Of a DNA stretch of 64,000 bases, positions 1-9,372 are shown in pieces (within the stretch, counting starts at the first letter, position 1; each line of letters starts with the position of its first letter). The stretch lies in NCBI GenBank assembly GCA_016179685.1, contig JACPCR010000051.1, positions 70,323 to 134,322 on the forward strand, in the 5' to 3' direction. The notes under the pieces were generated by a model. The model saw nothing but the letters and a program-made list of their open reading frames with translations, had not been told where the DNA came from and did not search any database. Source of the stretch: Planctomycetota bacterium. Lineage in GTDB: Bacteria > Planctomycetota > PUPC01 > JACPCR01. The position numbers were made by a program, and so were the translations under genes.

Positions 1-2
1 TG

Positions 3-1271
3 GTGGCGGACGACCTCTCGCCCTCGGAGCTCATCTACCTGGAATCGCCCAAGCTCATGGGGGTGGTTCTGGCGAAGGGCGGGGTCACGTCCCACGTCTC
101 GATCCTGGCCAAGTCGCTGGAGCTTCCGACCGTGGTGGGGGTGACCGAGGTGCTGAAGGAGGTGTCGCCCGGGGATTTCGTGATCGTGGATGGGAACTCG
201 GGAGCGGTGTACATCAACCCGGACGAGACGGTGATCAGCGAGTACGTGCGGCTGCAGGCGGATTACCAGACGCTGGTCGAGGAGTTGAAAGAGTACCGGG
301 ACCTGCCTGCGGCGACGCTGGATGGGAAGAAGGTGCGGATCGAGGCGAATATCGGGCTGCACAGCGAAATCCCGCTGTGCCTGGAACAGGGTGCGGAAGG
401 GATCGGGCTCTACCGGACCGAGTTTCCGTTCCTCTCCCGGTCCAATTTTCCGACGGAGGAGGAGCAGTACACGATCCTGAAGCGGGCGAAGGAGGCGCTT
501 CATGGCCTTCGCCTGACGGTTCGGACCCTGGACATGGGGGGCGAGAAGACGTTGAGCTATTTTCCGATGCCCCAGCAGCAAAACCCTCTCCTCGGGTGGC
601 GGTCGGTGAGGCTGACCCTGGACGAGCCGGAGATTTTCCGGACGCAGCTTCGAGCGATCGTGAGGGCATCGGGGGATGACCCGGTGCGGGTGATGTTTCC
701 GATGGTTTCCGGGTTGGAGGAGCTTCGAGCGGCAAAGGCGTTGTTGCGGAGCGTGGTGGACGAGCTGGGGTGCAAGCCGCGACTGGAGATTGGAATCATG
801 ATCGAGGTGCCAGCCGCGGTGGGCACCGCGGACCGGTTGGCCCGGGAGGTGGATTTTTTCAGCATCGGGACGAATGATCTGGTCCAATACATTCTGGCGG
901 TCGATCGGAGCAATCCCAAGGTGTCGGACCGGTATCAGGAGCTGCATCCGGCCGTGCTGGCGGCTCTCGATCAGACTATCCGTGCGGGTAAAAACGCGGG
1001 CATCTCCGTGTCCGTCTGCGGTGAGATGGCCGGCTCCGCGGCCACGGCCATTCTGCTGGCAGGCATGGGCGTGGACTGCCTGAGCATGAGCCCGAACTCG
1101 ATCCCGTTCGTCAAGCGGGCCATCCGGAACATGGACACCCAGAAGGCAGGTGCCCTGGCCTCGAGCCTGCTCCGGCTCGACACGACCGCGGAGGTGGAGC
1201 GGAATCTGAGGGAGACGTTCAGGAGCTGGGGCATCCTGGAGCTGGTGGGATTGGAGCCCCTGGAAGGTTAG
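3..1271 (+). CDS. ptsI: Phosphoenolpyruvate-protein phosphotransferase (PTS enzyme I family), 5' end outside window
   Basis: Phospho-His swivel motif GGVTSHVSILAKSLELPTVVG and PEP-utilising TIM-barrel motifs (GLYRTEF, MIEVP, SIGTNDLVQY). The N-terminus is missing, so the ptsP paralogue cannot be excluded. Confidence 0.85.
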   Translation: MADDLSPSELIYLESPKLMGVVLAKGGVTSHVSILAKSLELPTVVGVTEVLKEVSPGDFVIVDGNSGAVYINPDETVISEYVRLQADYQTLVEELKEYRDLPAATLDGKKVRIEANIGLHSEIPLCLEQGAEGIGLYRTEFPFLSRSNFPTEEEQYTILKRAKEALHGLRLTVRTLDMGGEKTLSYFPMPQQQNPLLGWRSVRLTLDEPEIFRTQLRAIVRASGDDPVRVMFPMVSGLEELRAAKALLRSVVDELGCKPRLEIGIMIEVPAAVGTADRLAREVDFFSIGTNDLVQYILAVDRSNPKVSDRYQELHPAVLAALDQTIRAGKNAGISVSVCGEMAGSAATAILLAGMGVDCLSMSPNSIPFVKRAIRNMDTQKAGALASSLLRLDTTAEVERNLRETFRSWGILELVGLEPLEG

Positions 1272-1301
1272 CGAAGCGCCGCATTCAACCCGCCCGTGTG
1301 G
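1269..1301 (+). repeat. Family-4 conserved motif TAGCGAAGCGCCGC-ATTCAACC-CGCCCGTGTGG (contains the ptsI stop and the next gene's GTG start)
   Basis: Near-identical to 11051..11083. TAG is the ptsI stop; GTG at 1298 starts the GT2 gene. Confidence 0.7.
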
Positions 1302-2032
1302 CTCGAGTGACCGCAACCGAAGAGAGAAGCGCATCGCGGCCGTCGCCGTCGGTCACCGTGGTGATCCCGGCCCTCAATGAGGAGTCCTCGATCGGCCTCG
1401 TGCTGGAGGAGGTCCCGCGGGACCTCGTCGGCGAGGTCATCGTCGTGGACAACGGATCGTCGGACGGAACGGCCGCTGCCGCCCGCGCTCAGGGCGCGCA
1501 GGTGGTGTTCGAGCCGCGCCGAGGATACGGCTCGGCCTGCCTCCGGGGCATCGCCTCCGCCGCCCGGCCCGAGATTCTGGTGTTCCTGGACGGGGATCAC
1601 AGCGATTGCCCCAGGGAGATGCGGCAGTTGCTCGAGCCGATCGTGCAGGACCGGGCCGATCTGGTCCTGGGGTCCCGGATTCTCGGCCGGTGTGAAGCGG
1701 GTGCGCTCCCTCTGCACGCGGCTTGGGGCAACCGGCTGGCGACGTTCTTGATCCGCAAGCTGACCGGCTACGGGTACACGGACCTGGGCCCCTTTCGGGC
1801 GATCCGGAGTTCGAGCCTGGAGTCCCTCAGAATGGAAGACCCCGACTTTGGCTGGACGGCCGAGATGCAGATCAAGGCCGCCCGAGCCGGCTTGCGCATC
1901 CTGGAGGTCCCGGTGAGCTATCGGCGGAGGACCGGGAGATCGAAGATCAGCGGAACGGTGGTCGGCAGCCTGCGGGCCGGAGTGAAGATTCTGCTCACGA
2001 TCGGGCGCTACGGCTGCTGGCGGCCGCGTTGA
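1298..2032 (+). CDS. GT2-family glycosyltransferase (polyprenyl-phosphate sugar synthase / Dpm1-like)
   Basis: VVIPALNEE...VIVVDNGSSDGT...FLDGDHSD motifs typical of GT2/DPM1-like enzymes. GTG start lies inside the conserved motif that follows the ptsI stop. Confidence 0.8.
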   Translation: MARVTATEERSASRPSPSVTVVIPALNEESSIGLVLEEVPRDLVGEVIVVDNGSSDGTAAAARAQGAQVVFEPRRGYGSACLRGIASAARPEILVFLDGDHSDCPREMRQLLEPIVQDRADLVLGSRILGRCEAGALPLHAAWGNRLATFLIRKLTGYGYTDLGPFRAIRSSSLESLRMEDPDFGWTAEMQIKAARAGLRILEVPVSYRRRTGRSKISGTVVGSLRAGVKILLTIGRYGCWRPR

Positions 2033-2193
2033 ACGGTGGGGTGACCGCCGCTAGAATCACCATGCGGGTGCGCGGAGACGAACTTTCAATTTCAAATCCT
2101 CGCACTTCACGAGATGGACCGGATTGCATTTCCGAGACTGAGGGGGAAGAGGGTGTTGAGAGTCTGAAGGTGTAGGCGCTTGGGGCGTCAAAT

Positions 2194-3405
2194 TTGAAAA
2201 GGCTTTTTAAGTTTGGGCGACCCTTCAAGAGGTATAGGAACTTTTTCGACCCCGATTGCCACGCGCGCTCAATCGAGATGATCCAGGATAAATTGAAAAG
2301 TTGGAAATTGGAGTTAGAGATTTTGCTTACCCGCCAGGTTTGGGCCGGCGAAGCCGGGCCAAACCTGGCTCTGAAATCCGCGAGCCCGAAGGGCGCAGCG
2401 GATTTCATTAGGCGCTTATCTTGTTTTCAAAGGCTGACGTGCGTCCTGATCGCCCTCGTGCCGATCCGCACGGGCGAGGCCGAATCCGCGGGCTCGGAAG
2501 TCATCGCCAGTCAGAACCAAGTGGTGGCCATCGTGAATTCGGAGGTCATCACCATGCTGGACGTCTTGCAGACGATGCCCGTGCGGCCGCAGGGGGTCGA
2601 TGACGAGGAGTGGCTGAAGATCCGATTCCAGGTCTTCAAGGACCGCCTGAAGGGCCTCATCGAGCGCAAGCTGTTGTACCAAGAGGCGAAGCTGGCCCAG
2701 ATCGAGTTGTTGCCAGACGAGATGGACGAGGCGGTGGAGCAGCGCTGGCAGCGGAGCTTCGGGCAGAAGAAGGACTTTCTCGAGTACTTGAAGGGGATGA
2801 ACATGACTCTGGGGGACTTCCAGGAACAGGTGAAGGAGGACCTGATGGCCCGGGCGATCATTCAGAGGCGCATCCAGTTCGACAATTCCGTGAGCACGAA
2901 GGAGCTGGTGTCCTATTACGAGGAACATCTCTCCGATTTCACGATGAACGAGAAGCGCAAGCTGTCCATTATCCAGGTCCCGGTGAAACTGGAGAGCGGC
3001 GAAGAGGGCGAGGCCTTGGCGCGTTCCCTGGTGAAGCGGCTGCGGCAGAATCCGGTCGAATTTGCGGCGCTGGCCCGGACGCATTCGATCGGCCCGGGCG
3101 CCGCCGCGGGAGGGGACTGGGGCTGGCAGCAGCCGTCGGGCATGCTGGATGCCCTGCGCGAGACGGCCTTCCGCCTTGCCGTGGGGCAGGTCTCTGACGT
3201 GATCGCGACGCGTGCGGGCTGCTTCATCCTGAAGGTCGAGGCGTCGGTCGATGGCAGGGTCCAGCCCTTCGAAGAGGCCCAGGCGACCATCCGCCAGAAG
3301 CTCCAGTCCCAACGTTTCGCCGAGCATCGTACCAAGCTCATCGAGGATCTGACCCTCCGCGGCTACGTTGTGCCCTTCCTCCCCAATCCCGATATGCTGC
3401 GGTAG
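2194..3405 (+). CDS. SurA-like periplasmic chaperone / PpiC-type (parvulin) peptidyl-prolyl isomerase; start uncertain
   Basis: SurA_N-like region (VVAIVNSEVITMLDVL...) followed by a parvulin rotamase domain (KLSIIQVP...GGDWGWQQPSGMLDALRETAFRLAVGQVSDVI). The only in-frame ATGs (2194, 2278) lie upstream of a palindromic repeat copy; the hydrophobic signal-like stretch LTCVLIALVPI follows the repeat. Confidence 0.75.
   Translation: MKRLFKFGRPFKRYRNFFDPDCHARSIEMIQDKLKSWKLELEILLTRQVWAGEAGPNLALKSASPKGAADFIRRLSCFQRLTCVLIALVPIRTGEAESAGSEVIASQNQVVAIVNSEVITMLDVLQTMPVRPQGVDDEEWLKIRFQVFKDRLKGLIERKLLYQEAKLAQIELLPDEMDEAVEQRWQRSFGQKKDFLEYLKGMNMTLGDFQEQVKEDLMARAIIQRRIQFDNSVSTKELVSYYEEHLSDFTMNEKRKLSIIQVPVKLESGEEGEALARSLVKRLRQNPVEFAALARTHSIGPGAAAGGDWGWQQPSGMLDALRETAFRLAVGQVSDVIATRAGCFILKVEASVDGRVQPFEEAQATIRQKLQSQRFAEHRTKLIEDLTLRGYVVPFLPNPDMLR
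2338..2412 (+). repeat. Family-1 palindromic element (double hairpin: GGCCGGCGAAGCCGGGCC + GAAATCCGCG.GCCCG.AGGGCGCAGCGGATTTC)
   Basis: About 90% identical to the copy at 52057..52135; lies inside the 5' part of the surA-like reading frame. Confidence 0.8.
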
Positions 3406-3450
3406 TGCTTGAGGCGGAAGGTGCGGCGTCGTTTCACGCCTCGGTCCGGA

Positions 3451-3474
3451 GCGTAGCGCCGCATCAAACCGTGG
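3451..3474 (+). repeat. Family-4 motif, shortened (GCGTAGCGCCGCATCAAACCGTGG)
   Basis: Matches GCGCCGC-M-TCAAACCG core; 46 nt after the surA-like stop. Confidence 0.5.
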
Positions 3475-3508
3475 CCCTTTCTACCTGGTCTGCCGCACCG
3501 TAAATCCT

Positions 3509-4657
3509 GTGTTCAAGGATACTGATGCCCCCCTCGTTGTGGTCGGTGGAGGAGTGGCCGGCTCGTGTGCGGCAGCTCTCCTGGCACGCCAGGGCATCCC
3601 GGTCACCCTCCTGGAAAGAGAGGAGATGCCGCGCCACAAGGTGTGCGGCGAGTATCTGTCCGGCGAGAGCCTCTCCCTGCTGGAAGTCGTGGGCGTGGCC
3701 AGGCCCGTCATCGAGAGGGCGGGTGTCTGGCTCGATCGGGTCAGCTTCTTCTCGCCATCGGGCCGGAGGGCATCCATCGAGCTTCGGCCCGAGCAGAAGG
3801 CCCTCTCCATCCGGCGCTACGATCTGGACTGGATACTTTTCGAGAATGCGGCGGCTTCGGGCGCACAAACGCGGCAGGGCTGCCGGGTGACGGGACACGA
3901 GGCCACGGACTCGGCGGTGGTCTTAAAACTGGCGGCCGGTGAAGAGATTCGGGCCTCACTCGTCATCGCGGCGGATGGACTTCGTTCCCGTTTCGCCGAA
4001 GCGGCCGCCCCGCAGAGGTCCGGCCAGAGGCTCTTCGGTTTCAAGGCCTATTGGGGCAACCTCTCGCTTCCGGCCAGCGAGATCGAGATGTACTTCACCC
4101 CGCAGGGATACGGCGGGTTCTCCCCCGTGGATGCCGAAACGGTCAACGGCACGTTCCTGGTCTCTGAAGGCCTCGTTAGGAGTCTGGGCGGCCAGGAAGA
4201 GGCGATCTTCGCGCAGGGCGTCCTCTCGAACCCGGTGGCCGCCGAGCGCATCGGGCCTGCCCGAAGGCTCTCCCGCTGGTGGTCCACGGGACCGATCGAG
4301 TACGGCATGCGCCGGCGATTCGGCCCGAGGGTCATCCCCGTCGGTGACGCGCTGGCGGTCACCGAGCAATTTGCGGGGGAAGGGATGGGGATGGCCATCA
4401 AGAGCGCCCTGCTGCTGGCCGCGCTGCTGCGGCGCGAGCCGGAGCTTCTGGGAGATGGTGAGGCCCTGCGGGCGAGGTATCTGACGCTCTACCGGCGGAC
4501 TTTCGCCTGGAAGATGCGTCTGCTGGGCCTGCTGCGGTGCGCGATGGCCTCGCGGGAAGGCGCCGAGTCCGTGCTGGCGGTGCTGAGGTGGTGTCCCTGG
4601 CTCTTCCAGGCCTTTTATTCATGGAGCCGGTCGGATTATCGGAGGTTTTCCAAATGA
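3509..4657 (+). CDS. FAD-dependent oxidoreductase (geranylgeranyl-reductase / FixC-like family)
   Basis: N-terminal Rossmann motif VVVGGGVAGSCAA...LLERE; GTG start. Confidence 0.7.
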   Translation: MFKDTDAPLVVVGGGVAGSCAAALLARQGIPVTLLEREEMPRHKVCGEYLSGESLSLLEVVGVARPVIERAGVWLDRVSFFSPSGRRASIELRPEQKALSIRRYDLDWILFENAAASGAQTRQGCRVTGHEATDSAVVLKLAAGEEIRASLVIAADGLRSRFAEAAAPQRSGQRLFGFKAYWGNLSLPASEIEMYFTPQGYGGFSPVDAETVNGTFLVSEGLVRSLGGQEEAIFAQGVLSNPVAAERIGPARRLSRWWSTGPIEYGMRRRFGPRVIPVGDALAVTEQFAGEGMGMAIKSALLLAALLRREPELLGDGEALRARYLTLYRRTFAWKMRLLGLLRCAMASREGAESVLAVLRWCPWLFQAFYSWSRSDYRRFSK

Positions 4658-5101
4658 TATCGCAAACTCGGCTTACGCCCCGCGGCGAAATCAGATTTTC
4701 GTAAACTTTTTCAACATCAGCGAACGCTTGGAGGCGTGTGCCGAGGCGTTCAAGCATCTCGGATTCGAAGAGTGCCAAAACCCTGGCCTGAAAGGAGGGT
4801 GGGAGAAGGTGGCAATTTTCGGCAGGGACGATCGGTCGCCTGCACATGCTGCTCGGCCACTTCGGGACGGAAGCTGGACAAGCAGCTTGGCAAGTTGGAG
4901 GACATTAAACACCAAGATGTGGACGAACTGAGTGGGGCAAATTACGGGAGGCCAGTCGTGTTCCTTCGGCGCAGAATCCCACCCAATCCTCAGACGAGTC
5001 GGGTGGAGCACCCGTGAGCACACGAGTCCTTCGCCCGTGGACTGAGCTCGTGGGGCTGCACCCCGATGGAGCCCGAAGGGCGGAGTGGAATTCATGAGCT
5101 G

Positions 5102-6397
5102 TCACGACGCGGAAAGGGACCGGGCGAGGTCCGTGAGAGCGTTGAAGATGAGCTCTTCGGACTCGGGACGGACCATCAGGGTGCCGTAGAACTGGTAGGC
5201 CATATCGACCTCGTAGCCTCCAAAGGGATATTCCTCGGCCGGGGGCACGTAACCGAGGCAGCCATTGGAGTAGGCGAGGATGAAGTTGTAGGGGAAAGGG
5301 GAGAGCCCGCGCCATCGGAGATCGTACCGGACCAGCATCTCCCCGGATAGGGCGGAGATCAGACCGTCGCCCATCCGGAGGCACTGAATCTCGATGGGCT
5401 GGGAGAAGCCGGTCAGGCCCGCCTGTGAAAGCTCGCAAACGGCCCGGGCCCACTCGACAAGTCCGGCATAGAAAAGGAGGTAACCGCGGTTCTTCGATTC
5501 CGACCGCGTTTTCTCGTCAACAGATTCCTTCTGCTTGAGCGTCTCCCGGGCCTCGGCCAGGGGCGGGGGATCGAACTGCGGAAGCAGGACGGTCCGGGAA
5601 GCGGCGCGGAGGGTGGCGGAAGGCTGGACCTGGATGGAGGCGGCGACGCGGGCCGCTTCCGCGCCCAGGCTGTTCCCGGCACGGTCCGAGACGCCGAAGT
5701 CATTGCCGATGCCCACCTCGGGGTTGATGTCTCCGCAACAACCTTGAGCGAAGAGGCCGAGCGCGCCCGGGAAGGCCCTCTCGATGGCGTCCACAGCGGC
5801 CCCGGGATAATCCCGGGAGAGTTGGAGGTTGGAGGGGCCCAGGATGACCGGATGGACGGCGCAGGAGAACAGGATGGCGAGCGGATGCCCGGTGCCGGCG
5901 CGGTCCACGCGCAGGACATCGACCCCATCGGATCGGGGCGCCTGCGGCTTCCGGGGATGCCGGCGGTTCAGGCCCAGGCGGAGCTGGCCGTTCCCGAACC
6001 CCAGTTCGGCCGGCTCGAGGCGTTCTGCGGCCATCTGCACGACCCCGGCGACTTGCCGACGGAGAACGTCCAGGTAGTGTGAATCAAGCGATCCCAGCCC
6101 GCGCAGGGAGATGGTGGCGGGACCGGAGTGGGTGTGCGAGGCGCTGAGCAGAAGGTGGTCGCCCGCCATCCCGGTCCGCCGCTGGACCTCCCGCCGAATC
6201 CAGTCCACGATCCCGAAATCCAGGCTGAGCAGGTCCATCGTGACGATCCCGATCCGCTCGGACCCCTCTTCGAGTACGAGGGCTCGCGCGTGGAGCGGGT
6301 CCCGAACGCCCCGGGATGGCCCCGGACGGGCTGCAAAGCCCGTCATGTCCACACCTATCGGAGGAGTGATATCGACGCGGGCGCAACCGGCTTTCAT
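5102..6397 (-). CDS. Neutral/alkaline ceramidase N-terminal-domain family hydrolase (short bacterial form)
   Basis: Start MKAGCARVDITPPIGVDMTGF...; conserved LLLSASHTHSGP motif. The longer ORF 5102..6814 was rejected because its first 139 codons overlap the moeZ 3' end. ATGA overlap with moeZ stop. Confidence 0.7.
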   Translation of the reverse strand: MKAGCARVDITPPIGVDMTGFAARPGPSRGVRDPLHARALVLEEGSERIGIVTMDLLSLDFGIVDWIRREVQRRTGMAGDHLLLSASHTHSGPATISLRGLGSLDSHYLDVLRRQVAGVVQMAAERLEPAELGFGNGQLRLGLNRRHPRKPQAPRSDGVDVLRVDRAGTGHPLAILFSCAVHPVILGPSNLQLSRDYPGAAVDAIERAFPGALGLFAQGCCGDINPEVGIGNDFGVSDRAGNSLGAEAARVAASIQVQPSATLRAASRTVLLPQFDPPPLAEARETLKQKESVDEKTRSESKNRGYLLFYAGLVEWARAVCELSQAGLTGFSQPIEIQCLRMGDGLISALSGEMLVRYDLRWRGLSPFPYNFILAYSNGCLGYVPPAEEYPFGGYEVDMAYQFYGTLMVRPESEELIFNALTDLARSLSAS

Positions 6398-7545
6398 GTG
6401 GCGTACCGGGGCATTTTCGGGTCGATGCGCTGGGCCCAGGCATCGATGCCACCGGCCAGGTTCTTGAGCTTGCGGAAACCTGCCTGCCGCAGGAACTGGA
6501 GGGCTCGCATACTGCGGATGCCCCGGTGGCAATGCAGGATAATCTCCTGGGCGCTGTTGAGCTGGTTGATGGAGGAGGTGAACCGGCTCAGAGGCATCAG
6601 TTTGGCCCCGGAAATGCTGCAAATCTGGAATTCGTGAGGCTCGCGGACGTCCACCAAGAGGAAATCGTCGCCGCGATCGAGTTTCGCCTTCAGCTCCTCC
6701 GGAGTGATCAGAAACTCCTCCGGCGTCTGAGGCTGGGCTGCCCCGTGCACGCCGCAGAACTGCTCGTAGTCCACCAATGCGGTGAGGGTCGGCTTTTCCC
6801 CGCAGATCGGGCACTTCGGGTCTTTGGCAAGCTTCAACTCCGTGAACGTCATCGCCAGGGCGTCATAAAGCAGCAGTCGGCCGACCAGGGGATCGCCCGT
6901 GCCCAGGATGAGCTTCACGGCTTCCGTCGCCTGGATGATCCCGATGATGCCCGGTAGGACGCCGAGAACTCCGCCTTCGGCGCAGCTCGGCACCATACCG
7001 GGCGGCGGAGGCTCTGGATACAGGCATCGGTAGCACGGCCCGCGGCGGGCGTCAAAAACGCTGGCCTGACCCTCGAAACGAAAAATGCTGCCATACACGT
7101 TGGGCTTGCCCAGAAGAACGCAGACGTCATTCACCAGATACCGCGTCGGAAAATTGTCGGTGCCGTCAATGATGATGTCGTAGTCCTTGGCGATCTCCAT
7201 GGCGTTCTCGGAGGTGAGCCGGCTCTCGTAACCGACGATTTCCACCGAGGGGTTGATGGCCTTCAGGTGATCCTTGGCGGACTGGAGCTTCGGCCGGCCC
7301 ACGTCCTGGGTCGTGTGAAGGACCTGACGCTGGAGGTTCGTGAAATCGACCACGTCGAAATCCACGATGCCGATACGGCCCACGCCCGCCGCGGTCAAGT
7401 ACAGTCCCAGGGGCGAGCCCAATCCGCCCGCCCCGATCAACAGAATGCTGGAATTCCTAAGCTTCTGCTGGCCGCCCAGCCCCACTTCCGGCATGATCAG
7501 ATGCCGGCTATAACGATAAATCTCTTCGTTGGTCAATTGCGCCAT
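6394..7545 (-). CDS. moeZ: ThiF/MoeB-family adenylyltransferase with C-terminal rhodanese domain (MoeZ-like sulfur-carrier activator)
   Basis: ILLIGAGGLGSPLGLYLTAAGVG ATP-binding motif, CxxC...CxxC pair, rhodanese domain with active-site Cys in CHRGIRS. Confidence 0.8.
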   Translation of the reverse strand: MAQLTNEEIYRYSRHLIMPEVGLGGQQKLRNSSILLIGAGGLGSPLGLYLTAAGVGRIGIVDFDVVDFTNLQRQVLHTTQDVGRPKLQSAKDHLKAINPSVEIVGYESRLTSENAMEIAKDYDIIIDGTDNFPTRYLVNDVCVLLGKPNVYGSIFRFEGQASVFDARRGPCYRCLYPEPPPPGMVPSCAEGGVLGVLPGIIGIIQATEAVKLILGTGDPLVGRLLLYDALAMTFTELKLAKDPKCPICGEKPTLTALVDYEQFCGVHGAAQPQTPEEFLITPEELKAKLDRGDDFLLVDVREPHEFQICSISGAKLMPLSRFTSSINQLNSAQEIILHCHRGIRSMRALQFLRQAGFRKLKNLAGGIDAWAQRIDPKMPRYAT

Positions 7546-7882
7546 GGTCAAAAAGTCCGGATGTGAGGGGAGGAGATGTTCAGCTAAAGCCGTCACTCCA
7601 ACTCTGGTTGCGACCTCGCAAACTTGTCCTCCCGGAAGGATCCTCCCCAAGGGATCACTCCCACAGGGACAAGGTGGGGACGTTGGGACTATGGGAGAGT
7701 CCCGCGGGTAGGAGTCAGGCCGCGTTAAGCGTGAAGTGACCCGTTATCAGTCACCCGGCCCCCTTCATAACTTTGAAATCATTCCTTGAGGATCTGATTA
7801 TAAGCGCCGCCAGCCGCCTTTCAATATACGCTCCAGAGAGGGAGCGTTGAAAACCTCAGTCATAGCGGGCACGGCTCATGGG

Positions 7883-7891
7883 TGTTATAAT
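7883..7891 (+). promoter_or_regulatory. Extended -10 promoter element TGTTATAAT upstream of the cysteine desulfurase gene
   Basis: Exact TGnTATAAT about 95 nt upstream of 7983, inside the AT-rich block of the 437-bp divergent intergenic region. Confidence 0.45.
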
Positions 7892-7982
7892 TTTTCTTTG
7901 GGATTTTAAAGATTTTCATTTAAAATATAGCAAATTGTAGAGAAGAGACTTCGATAGTAGTGTGGCGCTCTGAGGATTACCT

Positions 7983-9317
7983 TTGACTGGTACGATGAAC
8001 CCTCGCAACCCGTTGGACTGGGATGCCATACGCCATGACTTCCCCGCGTTGTTCCGGTCGCGGAACGATCGTCCGCCCATCTTCCTGGACAATGCGTGCA
8101 GCACCATACCTTGTCAAGCAGTGATCGATTCGCTTAACGATTACTGCCTGAACTACCCCGCCTGCGGCGAGCGCAGCCTGCACTACTGGGGCCGGAAGGT
8201 GGATGAAGAGGTCGCACGGGCTCGGCGTGCGATTGCCGAGTTCATTCATGCGAAGGACCCTACCCAGATCATTTTTGTGAAGAATTCCACGGAGGGCTTG
8301 AACCTGGTGGGCCGGGGACTCCATTGGGAGAAAGGCGACGTCGTGGTGACCGGCGATCGGGAGCACAATTCGAACCGATGCTGCTGGGAGGACCTGGGTC
8401 GGGAGACCGGTATTCGTCGAAAAGTCATCCGGCGGGATGGGACCCATGACCCCGGGTCCGAATTTGACGTGAATTATTTTCTCGGGGAGTTGGCGGAGAC
8501 GCCGAGGGTGAAGCTGGTCAGCCTGGCGCTGACCTCGAACCTGGACGGGTACACGATTCCGTCGGAAGCGATCAGGAGGGTCACGGCGTATGCTCACTCG
8601 GAGGTCTTGCGGAGGGATTTGAAGGATTTTTACGTCATGTTGGATGCGGCCCAGACGGTCCCTCATCAGGCGGTGGACGTACAGGACCTGGACGTAGATT
8701 TTCTGGCTTTCTCGGTCCACAAGATGTGTGGCCCGACGGGTCTGGGCGTGTGTTACATGAAGGACCCCGATCTTCTGGAGCGTTCTCTGATTACGGGAGG
8801 CGGGACGGTGGCGAACACGTTCGACGACGGCCGCGCACCCATCTATCTCCGGTCGCCTCAGAAGTATGAAGCGGGACTGCAGCACTGGTCCGGCATTCTT
8901 GGCGCCGGCGTTGCGGCCGATTATCTGAAGGACAAGATGGTGGCCTTGTCCGATCGCGAGCTGGAGCTGAATCGAATTTTGACCGAGGGCTTCATGCCCT
9001 ATCATGAGAAGGAGGTGATCACGATTTTGGGGCCGCTGGACCCGGCGAAGCGCGGCTCCATCTGCACCATCGAGGTGCATCCCCGGGACGAGCAGGAGGA
9101 CATGGGGCGGTTTCTTCGAGAAGAGGTATTGAGCCGGACCGACGAACGGAATCTGATGTTCCGGACCGGAGACTTCTGCGTTTCACCCTATTGCCGGCAC
9201 GTTCGGGGCGAGCGGATTGCCCGGATACGTTTTTCGCTGTATCTCTACAACACCCCGGACGAGTGTCGCACTGCTCTCGACGTATTTCGCCCGATCCTGG
9301 CCCGGCGTCTTCCGTAA
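7983..9317 (+). CDS. Cysteine desulfurase (class V aminotransferase, SufS/CsdA-like)
   Basis: PLP-lysine motif FSVHKMCGPTGLGVCY and fold-type I signature; the persulfide Cys region is near the C-terminus. Confidence 0.8.
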   Translation: MTGTMNPRNPLDWDAIRHDFPALFRSRNDRPPIFLDNACSTIPCQAVIDSLNDYCLNYPACGERSLHYWGRKVDEEVARARRAIAEFIHAKDPTQIIFVKNSTEGLNLVGRGLHWEKGDVVVTGDREHNSNRCCWEDLGRETGIRRKVIRRDGTHDPGSEFDVNYFLGELAETPRVKLVSLALTSNLDGYTIPSEAIRRVTAYAHSEVLRRDLKDFYVMLDAAQTVPHQAVDVQDLDVDFLAFSVHKMCGPTGLGVCYMKDPDLLERSLITGGGTVANTFDDGRAPIYLRSPQKYEAGLQHWSGILGAGVAADYLKDKMVALSDRELELNRILTEGFMPYHEKEVITILGPLDPAKRGSICTIEVHPRDEQEDMGRFLREEVLSRTDERNLMFRTGDFCVSPYCRHVRGERIARIRFSLYLYNTPDECRTALDVFRPILARRLP

Positions 9318-9372
9318 CGGAGTCGTTCTCGTTATTTCTTTCCGGCACGAGGGGTTATGATGAGGCGCAGTC

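Noticed and set aside
2194-2277. N-terminal 28 codons of the surA-like ORF (MKRLFKFGRPFKRYRNFF...)
   Set aside because: Basic low-complexity, probably untranslated leader. It is retained only as the outer coordinate because no better start could be fixed (see finding).
5102-6814. 570-aa version of the ceramidase-like ORF
   Set aside because: Its first 139 codons overlap the moeZ 3' end out of frame and are low-complexity. The conserved domain begins at the internal Met at 6397, which overlaps the moeZ stop as ATGA.
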